DNA of 32,000 nucleotides, taken from Thermodesulfobacterium commune DSM 2178. GTDB taxonomy: Bacteria; Desulfobacterota; Thermodesulfobacteria; Thermodesulfobacteriales; Thermodesulfobacteriaceae. Below, one piece after another: positions 1 through 6,078 of this stretch. The position numbers were made by a program, and so were the translations under genes. A model generated the notes under the pieces. It saw only the letters and a list, made by a program, of their open reading frames with translations, did no database searches and was not told the DNA's origin. The DNA lies in contig NZ_CP008796.1 of the NCBI RefSeq assembly GCF_000734015.1, positions 1,530,001 to 1,562,000 on the forward strand, written 5' to 3'. Position 1 is the first letter of the stretch, and every line of letters begins with the position of its first letter.

Positions 1-1
1 T

Positions 2-463
2 GATAAGGCTTTAGATCTGTACGATCAAATCCTTGCCAAAAGGGATGATTTTGACGCCAGGTTAGGTAAGGCTTATGCTTATGGTAGTTTAAGGATACCT
101 TCTAAATTAGAAGAAAATTTTAAACTCTTAAAGCCAGGGTATCCTTATCAGGAAAAAGACGTAAAAGACCTTGAGTTGTATAAAAAATCTATCTTTAATC
201 CTGCTGTATTAACAGGATTTTCTTATTTTCATGATACCGACGAAAACGAAGTTTATACCTATCGGTTAGGGTTTGAAACCTATCTGAAAGACTTTAGGGT
301 GGCGGGTAATTATATCTATAGGGAGGGCTCAGATAATCTGCGAACCTCTTACTCTGATGAATTAATCTTTGAAGTAGGTAAGAGGTTAACCCATCCTCTA
401 TGGGGTTCTGTTTCCTTAGGTTTTTCTCAAGGAGGAAAAGATAAGACCTTTGTGATAGGAGGG
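2..463 (+). pseudogene. 5' fragment (truncated by window edge) of a TPR-repeat + outer-membrane beta-barrel protein gene, interrupted by an IS insertion
   Basis: The frame is open from base 2 (DKALDLYDQILAKRDDFDARLGKAYAYG, TPR-like) and continuous with track ORF 176..541. The sequence then becomes beta-strand-like (YTYRLGFETYLKDFRVAGNYIY). After 463 the frame reads 26 IS-derived codons and stops at 541. Confidence 0.7.
455..463. repeat. Left copy of the 9-bp target-site duplication ATAGGAGGG
   Basis: An identical 9-mer occurs at 1802..1810. Both copies are in frame with the flanking OMP fragments and encode Ile-Gly-Gly. Confidence 0.75.
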
Positions 464-1801
464 ACACTTGTCAAGAGAATTGTGTCTCCTTATAAAATCT
501 CTTTACAAACATTTGCCTCAATTCGTATAAAGCAGACTTAATTAAAGGAAGTGGTTTTTGCCATCTCGTTTTCTGAATCCGACTTACTGTTATGTATATC
601 GCAACCTCTGCTGTCTTGATTGATTGAAAATATCCCCCTGTATTTACCCTTATCAGCTCTATCCTGCTATTTATATTCTCAACCACATTCGTCGTGTATA
701 TATACCTCCTCACCCCCTCAGGATATTTCTTATAAACAAAATAATGCTCCTTCTTTTTCAAAAGTCCCTTTATATAAGCTGGATACTTCTTCTCATAACT
801 CTTACATAATTCCTCAAATCTAATTAAGGCCCTCTCATACTCCTCTATCCTCTTTATAATGCTTAACTCCTCATAAAATTTTTTAGCATCCTGCTTAGAC
901 ATGTTCCTGTTGATGTTCCTTTGCATGTGTACAAAACAAAGCTGATGATCTGTCTCAGGAAAAAGGGCTTTTATGGCTTGAGCAAGGCCAGGAAAATCAT
1001 CACTCACTATTACCATAACCCTCTTAACTCCCCTCTTTATCAAATCATTAAGTATCTGGAGCCAGTCCTCCTTCGTCTCTGAACCAAAATAAATGTAATA
1101 AGAAAGTAAATTTTTTCTTCCCTCCATATCTATTCCGATGATATTATAAATAACTGCTTTTCTGATTCTGTTGGCTTCGGTATCTTTTATCTGAGTATGA
1201 TAAGCGTCTATAAACATAGCAAACAAATTTTCTGGCAATTCTTTGGTTTTTAATTCTTTGGCTTGGTTATACAATTCTTCTTTAATTTCTTCTATTTGTT
1301 CTGGAGAGTAGGGAAGTTTCATAGATTGCAAGAGGGCTTTGATTTTATTGGGGGAGTAGCTTTGGAGAACGAGGTTAAGGATAAAGTCCTGGAAAGATTC
1401 ATCAGCTTTTTGCCATTCAGGAGGAAGAATAGCAGGTCTGAATTCAGATTTTCTATCTCTTGGGACAGAGATACCAAGGTTACCTAAGAAACAGGCAAGT
1501 TGTCTTTCATAGTAACCATTAGCTTTATTATCAATACTATCTCTAAGGAATATTTCTCTTTCTTTTTTCATGAGAGCGTTTAAGAGGAGTGCAGCAGCCA
1601 TTTTGATACCCTCTTTTGATTCAATTTTTGAGATTTCACTTAAAACTTTTTCTAAATCTAAGTCTAAGTTTTTCATTTTACAGACCTCCTGGTTAGTTTA
1701 GTCTTTTAGGTTTTATGTTATCATTAATTTAAAAAATATTAAAAATTTTTATTATGCCTCTAAAATATTTTATTAAAAGACACAATTTATATTCTACTCC
1801 C
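464..1801 (-). mobile_element. IS256-family insertion sequence (about 1338 bp)
   Basis: It is bounded by the 9-bp direct repeat and carries one 401-aa mutator/IS256-type transposase. A perfect inverted 10-mer AATTGTGTCT (478-487) / AGACACAATT (1778-1787) lies 14 bp inside each inferred end. Weaker inverted similarity continues inward. The outermost 14 bp are poorly matched, so the exact ends rest on the duplication. Confidence 0.8.
471..1676 (-). CDS. IS256-family (mutator-type) transposase, apparently intact
   Basis: The 401-aa ORF contains the family-typical block SDDFPGLAQAIKALFPETDHQLCFVHMQRN and an N-terminal NGYYERQL motif. An AGGAGG RBS lies upstream of the ATG at 1676. Confidence 0.9.
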   Translation of the reverse strand: MKNLDLDLEKVLSEISKIESKEGIKMAAALLLNALMKKEREIFLRDSIDNKANGYYERQLACFLGNLGISVPRDRKSEFRPAILPPEWQKADESFQDFILNLVLQSYSPNKIKALLQSMKLPYSPEQIEEIKEELYNQAKELKTKELPENLFAMFIDAYHTQIKDTEANRIRKAVIYNIIGIDMEGRKNLLSYYIYFGSETKEDWLQILNDLIKRGVKRVMVIVSDDFPGLAQAIKALFPETDHQLCFVHMQRNINRNMSKQDAKKFYEELSIIKRIEEYERALIRFEELCKSYEKKYPAYIKGLLKKKEHYFVYKKYPEGVRRYIYTTNVVENINSRIELIRVNTGGYFQSIKTAEVAIYITVSRIQKTRWQKPLPLIKSALYELRQMFVKRFYKETQFS

Positions 1802-1810
1802 ATAGGAGGG
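1802..1810. repeat. Right copy of the 9-bp target-site duplication ATAGGAGGG
   Basis: Identical to 455..463 and in frame with the downstream beta-barrel fragment. Confidence 0.75.
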
Positions 1811-2401
1811 GTTGGTTTAAATCTGTTGGCTGGGAGAGGTAGTGTGGGTTTAAATGTTAATAAAAGTGTCTTGACAGATACCGCAGAGCTTATGGAAGAC
1901 GTAATAAGGGTTTTATCGATAAATTGTTTTATTAATCAGTCGGTTACAGACCGTATTTCTTTTTATGCTAATTATAATCGTCGTTGGTATTCAGATGATA
2001 ACCAAGCAGACTCTGTCCAAGGTTCTGTTCGTTATAAGATTAACTTTGGTAATCCTACAGTAAGCCTTGGATACAGGGTGGTTTATTTAGACTTTAAGAA
2101 ACAGAAAAGACATGGATATTTTGACCCTGATGATTTTTGGTCAAATCAGTTGTTTTTAACCATTTATTACGAAAACCCCAAGGTTTACGTTTATTTGGAA
2201 CCTTTCATCGGTCATCAAACCTTTAGGCGTTATGGACTTTGGTCCTATGATAAGGCTTATGGAGGTACAGGCACTTTAGGGATTAAACTTAACGAAAACC
2301 TGAACTTTGAAATGTCGATAGAAGGTGGAAACTACGCAGCAGGAACGACCTCTGGATGGAAATATTATCAAACAGGATTTTTGCTAAAATATGTTTTTTA
2401 G
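1802..2401 (+). pseudogene. 3' fragment of the same outer-membrane beta-barrel gene
   Basis: Track ORF 1754..2401 starts at an ATG inside the IS. From 1802 it reads IGGVGLNLLAGRGSVGLNV... with alternating beta-strand pattern and GYFDPDD, and ends ...GFLLKYVF with a C-terminal aromatic residue typical of OMP barrels. It joins in frame to ...KDKTFVIGG at 463. Confidence 0.7.
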
Positions 2402-2423
2402 GTAAAAAAAGAAACATAATATT

Positions 2424-3350
2424 ATGTACATAGCAAGAAGACCGGTTCCAGGAGGTTATGAATACAGCCTTAAAGAATCCTACTATGAGGCACCTTACTG
2501 GAAAAGCAGACTTGTATTAAACTTAGGGACCAATCCAGAGAAATATATCACCTATTATAGTGATGTAGCCTTTTCTATAGAATTAGAGGAGGTTTTAGAA
2601 TCCTTAGGATATCCTACCGATCAGCATGAATTAGAAAAACTATTTTTCAGATTTTTAAATCCCGAAGCCCAAAGAATCATCCTTCAGTTTGAAAAACCTA
2701 AAACAAGAAAACAATCTAAAAAATCGCTTAATTTAGAGGTATTACATCCCTTTGATATAAAAAGGTATTTGGTTTTGAAGCTTGGGGTCCTTGAACCAGA
2801 CAAGTTTCTTTTTCATCCTTTTCCTTTTTTAAAAAACCTTATGGAAAAATCAAGAGACGAGCTTGAAAACTTTTTCTGGGATATGGAAGATGAGCTACCT
2901 TATAGGGAAAAAATAAAGTATGTAAGGGCAATTTTTGGGGTGTTAAGACTACCTTATAAGATGAAAGAAGAAGAGGTAGATGTTTTGTTTTTAAAAAATT
3001 TTTGCCAAGTTTTAGAGGATGAAAGTTTTTGTATGGGATTAAACAAAGAAGAGCTTTTAAAAAATTATTTTTGTAGATACCTCTGGTTATATTTTGATGA
3101 GGGTTTTAAAAAGCATAAGGGGTATCCGAGAGAGCCTATGATTTTTGTTTCGATTGAAAAGATTTATCAAGAAGCCTCTTATTATCTTGAGGTACCTATA
3201 GAAGAAATAAAAAGAGCTAATAGAAAAGAGATATTAGGCCTTTTTAGAAAAAGGGCTAAAGTATTACACCCAGACCATGGAGGGTCTAAAGAAGGTTTTA
3301 TAAGACTTAGAAGGGTGGTGGAAGAACTTCTTAAGCTAAAGGGAGATTAA
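2424..3350 (+). CDS. Hypothetical protein: unrecognised N-terminal region of about 240 aa plus a C-terminal J-domain (DnaJ-like, HPD motif)
   Basis: 308-aa ORF. The C-terminus EASYYLEVPIEEIKRANRKEILGLFRKRAKVLHPDHGGSKEGFIRLRRVVEELL matches the J-domain helix II-HPD-helix III pattern. I recognise no motif in the first 240 aa. The RBS is weak. Confidence 0.7.
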   Translation: MYIARRPVPGGYEYSLKESYYEAPYWKSRLVLNLGTNPEKYITYYSDVAFSIELEEVLESLGYPTDQHELEKLFFRFLNPEAQRIILQFEKPKTRKQSKKSLNLEVLHPFDIKRYLVLKLGVLEPDKFLFHPFPFLKNLMEKSRDELENFFWDMEDELPYREKIKYVRAIFGVLRLPYKMKEEEVDVLFLKNFCQVLEDESFCMGLNKEELLKNYFCRYLWLYFDEGFKKHKGYPREPMIFVSIEKIYQEASYYLEVPIEEIKRANRKEILGLFRKRAKVLHPDHGGSKEGFIRLRRVVEELLKLKGD

Positions 3351-4648
3351 AAAACTTCGTCTATAAGTTTAAGGCCTATTTCTTTCCAGTCTTCTCTTCC
3401 GTAGATCACGATTTTTGACTCTAAACTTCCGTCTACAAAGGAAAGGTCTTTCTGGGTTTCTTTGACTTTTTCTTGAGGTAATCCGGTTATTAGAAAAGCT
3501 CTGCCCTCTTCTCCTCCTATCTGTTTAACCCTATGGATAATCTCAAACCCTTTAAGTTTGCAGATGTTAGACCTGTCTTCTGTGGTAATCGAGATACCTA
3601 TTAACTGATAACCGTTTATGATAAAAAGATCCAGTTCAAAAGGTTTTGAATCTTTTTGAGCCTTAAGAGAAAGCCCAAATTGCATTTTTTCTTTAAGCCC
3701 AAGGTCTTCAAGTTTTTCTTTTAATTCTCCATATACATACCATTCAAGCCAAAGACCGTCTAAAAATTCTATAGAATCCTTGACCCTTTGTTTAAGGGCT
3801 TCTTTACCAAGGTTTTCAGGTGGAACCCAGAGGCTTCTTCCTTCAGTAAGCTTCTTGTCTTCTGGTAAACTTTCCAATATTTCCCAGACAAAATCCGGGG
3901 TAGATGTTTCTAAGGTTTCTATAAAACTTCTGATTTCAGGTTTTTTAAGATGCTCTTTAAACCTTTTTGCTGTTTTAAAAAGGTCTTTATCGTTTTTAAA
4001 AATTCTTCTAAAAGGATTTTCAAGCCAGGACAAAAACTCTTCTATCCTGTTTTCTTCTATAACTACTTTTTTAATGGTTTGTAAAGTTTCTTTAAACTTA
4101 AAATCTTCCCAGCTATCTGCTTTTAATTTTTCATAAAGAGACAACTTAAGTAAAGTTTTAATGTCAAGAAAAAGATAATTTCTCAAGTCTCCTAATACCG
4201 GAAAGATGTCTCCGCTGTCATACACAATTTTAAACCTTCTTGTGTCTAAGTAAGAAGCTGAAAAACGGGTCTGATAAAAATTCTTTAAAAAGTTATAGAC
4301 CCCAACTACCATGGGTTTGGTCCCAGGTTTATAGTTTAGATGGACTTCATCAAATTGTTCCCATATACCTACCGTATCAAGGTCTTCAAGAATCTGCTGA
4401 ACATTACCTATGTCCTTTAGCGGAACTAAAAATACCTGGTCGGGGTGTAGATGAAGAAGATTTTTTACCCTTTCAGCATAAATTTGGGTACCTTTTTGTA
4501 CTTGGTTATCTTCAGAAAAAATAAAAACGAAATTTCTATAGTTATGAAATGTCTTAAAATAAAGAGGAATTACATAGTTTGCCAGAGGGTTGGTGCCTAT
4601 CAATAAAACTAATGCTTTTCTATCTGAGGTTAATCCTTTTTTAACCAA
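3347..4648 (-). CDS. CARF-domain protein with a Card1/Can2-like (DUF1887-type PD-(D/E)xK fold) C-terminal domain; candidate cyclic-oligoadenylate sensor
   Basis: 433 aa, TTG start at 4648 with an AAGGAG RBS 5 nt upstream. The N-terminus ALVLLIGTNPLANYVIPLYF followed by HLNYKPGTKPM resembles CARF strand 1 and the (T)GGTK-type motif. The C-terminus LDGLWLEWYVYGEL ... FELDLFIINGYQLIGISITT ... IGGEEGRAFLITG resembles the Card1-like endonuclease domain. The usual I-E-C-K-T appears as I-S-I-T-T. Confidence 0.65.
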   Translation of the reverse strand: MVKKGLTSDRKALVLLIGTNPLANYVIPLYFKTFHNYRNFVFIFSEDNQVQKGTQIYAERVKNLLHLHPDQVFLVPLKDIGNVQQILEDLDTVGIWEQFDEVHLNYKPGTKPMVVGVYNFLKNFYQTRFSASYLDTRRFKIVYDSGDIFPVLGDLRNYLFLDIKTLLKLSLYEKLKADSWEDFKFKETLQTIKKVVIEENRIEEFLSWLENPFRRIFKNDKDLFKTAKRFKEHLKKPEIRSFIETLETSTPDFVWEILESLPEDKKLTEGRSLWVPPENLGKEALKQRVKDSIEFLDGLWLEWYVYGELKEKLEDLGLKEKMQFGLSLKAQKDSKPFELDLFIINGYQLIGISITTEDRSNICKLKGFEIIHRVKQIGGEEGRAFLITGLPQEKVKETQKDLSFVDGSLESKIVIYGREDWKEIGLKLIDEVF

Positions 4649-4795
4649 ACAAACTCCTTTTTAGTTTAATTTAGAGTAATTTATAAAAATTATATCGTAA
4701 TTGTCTAAAGGTTCAACTAAAAGAATGCTTATTTGTAACGTTTGACTTGTAAAGCGCAATCTTTAAAAGAGTTTAATATATTTTTTCAAGATTCC

Positions 4796-4824
4796 TTGGT
4801 TTTTAACTTTTTAGATGCTATATT
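4796..4824 (+). promoter_or_regulatory. Candidate sigma-70 promoter for ispF (TTGGTT-17 nt-TATATT)
   Basis: TTGGTT at 4796-4801, a 17-nt spacer, and TATATT at 4819-4824. This overlaps the track ATG at 4815, which argues against that start. Confidence 0.35.
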
Positions 4825-4829
4825 TTATA

Positions 4830-4857
4830 TGTAGTTCTAATAATGTAGTTCTAATAA
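4830..4857. repeat. Perfect tandem duplication, 2 x 14 bp (TGTAGTTCTAATAA)
   Basis: Unit 1 is 4830-4843 and unit 2 is 4844-4857, identical. The repeat sits between the candidate promoter and the likely ispF start. Confidence 0.9.
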
Positions 4858-4868
4858 GGGGCAAGAGT

Positions 4869-5345
4869 TTGCGATTTGGTTTTAGTTTTGACTTACATCG
4901 TTTGGTTGAAGGAAGGCCATTAAGGTTGTGCGGGGTTGAAATTCCTTTTGAAAAGGGACTTTTAGGACATTCGGACGGCGATGTAGGGCTTCACGCACTT
5001 ATAGATGCTATGCTTTCTGCTGCAGGTTTGCCTGATATAGGTACTCTTTTTCCTGATAAAGACCCAAAGTATAAGGATATAGATAGTACTGAGCTTTTAA
5101 AACAAGCACTTTCAAAAGTAAAAGAAAAAGGGTACACCATCCACCAGATAGACCTTACCTTTGTTTGTGACCAGCCTAAATTAAGTCCCTACTACGAGTT
5201 GATGAAAACTCGTATAGCAGAGCTTACAGGGCTCTCTCCTTTAGATATAGGAATAAAAGCTAGAAGTGCTGAAGGATTGCTTTTAGAAGGTAACAAGGAA
5301 GTTATTGCTTGTTTTGGTTTGGTAGTGTTAAAAGACAATTGTTAG
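4869..5345 (+). CDS. ispF: 2-C-methyl-D-erythritol 2,4-cyclodiphosphate synthase
   Basis: RFGFSFDLHRLVEGRPLRLCGVEIPFEKGLLGHSDGDVGLHALIDAMLSAAGLPDIG is the canonical IspF N-terminus. A TTG at 4869 preceded by AAGGGG gives a family-typical length of about 158 aa. The track start ATG 4815 would add 18 atypical residues. Confidence 0.9.
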   Translation: MRFGFSFDLHRLVEGRPLRLCGVEIPFEKGLLGHSDGDVGLHALIDAMLSAAGLPDIGTLFPDKDPKYKDIDSTELLKQALSKVKEKGYTIHQIDLTFVCDQPKLSPYYELMKTRIAELTGLSPLDIGIKARSAEGLLLEGNKEVIACFGLVVLKDNC

Positions 5346-5486
5346 ATTCTTTTGTTTTAGATCAGACTTGTTTTTTTCTTCTTATGTGGTATTGTTAAAA
5401 ATTAAGGTAGAAGGGTGAGAGACTCAAGAGTCCGATCCTCTTGTCTTTCAACCTCTATCATTTTTTAAAAAATAAGGAGTTTAGTT

Positions 5487-5951
5487 ATGCGTAAGGTTCA
5501 GTTAGGAGATGTAGTAAGCATTCATTGTGTAGGTCAACTGAAAAACGGTGAGGTTTTTGAAAACACCTATGATGGAGAACCTTTTATCTTTCAGGTTGGT
5601 TCTGCTGAGATTATACCTGGACTTTCTGAAGCGGTGATCGGAATGGAAGAGGGAGAAGAAAAAGAAGTACTTATTCCTTCAGAAAAGGCCTTTGGTCCCA
5701 GGGATGAAAACTTGGTAAGATCTATTCCTAGAGAGGCATTGAGTTTGGATGTAGCTCCAGAGCCAGGATTGATGTTAAACCTCATCGTTGATACTCCTCA
5801 AGGAGAGATGACCTTTCCTGCAACCATTTTAGAGGTTACCGAAGAGGAGATAGTGTTAGACCTTAATCCACCTTTAGCAGGAGAAGATTTAATTTTTAAA
5901 ATTAGGTTAGAAAAAATTCTCACCCCAGACGAAGAAAACATCGTTCTTTAA
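5487..5951 (+). CDS. FKBP-type peptidyl-prolyl cis-trans isomerase (SlyD/FkpB-like, with insert-in-flap region)
   Basis: VSIHCVGQLKNGEVFENTYDGEPFIFQVGSAEIIPGLSEAVIGMEEGEEKEVLIPSEKAFGPRDENLV matches the FKBP pattern. An AAGGAG RBS is present. Confidence 0.85.
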   Translation: MRKVQLGDVVSIHCVGQLKNGEVFENTYDGEPFIFQVGSAEIIPGLSEAVIGMEEGEEKEVLIPSEKAFGPRDENLVRSIPREALSLDVAPEPGLMLNLIVDTPQGEMTFPATILEVTEEEIVLDLNPPLAGEDLIFKIRLEKILTPDEENIVL

Positions 5952-5960
5952 TCATCCAAA

Positions 5961-5995
5961 AAGCCCTGCTTCGTTTAGAAGCAGGGCTTTTTGTT
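5961..5995 (+). terminator. Rho-independent terminator after the FKBP gene
   Basis: A 12-bp perfect stem AAGCCCTGCTTC (5961-5972) / GAAGCAGGGCTT (5978-5989) with loop GTTTA, followed by TTTTTGTTT. Confidence 0.85.
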
Positions 5996-6078
5996 TAAAA
6001 CTCTTTAAAACTCTCAGATTTATTTAACTTCCCATAAAAGTTTTACTTTTTTGTTTTTTTAGTTATAATTTCATAACT

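Noticed and set aside
176-541. Track ORF treated as a stand-alone 121-aa gene
   Set aside because: The frame is open back to base 2, so the TTG at 176 is internal. The last 26 codons (464-541) are IS-derived read-through. It is the 5' fragment of the disrupted OMP gene.
620-1487. Plus-strand ORFs 620..823, 624..809 and 1263..1487
   Set aside because: They are antisense to the well-supported IS256 transposase, have low-complexity composition, and lack an RBS.
3780-4524. Plus-strand ORFs 3780..4136 and 4240..4524
   Set aside because: They are antisense shadows of the CARF gene. They are Ser/Leu/Lys-rich with no motifs and no RBS.
5420-5450. Hairpin AGAC-TC-AAGAG ... CTCTT-G-TCT upstream of the FKBP gene as a terminator or riboregulator
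   Set aside because: The stem is short and bulged, no U-tract directly follows, and I recognise no conserved RNA motif.
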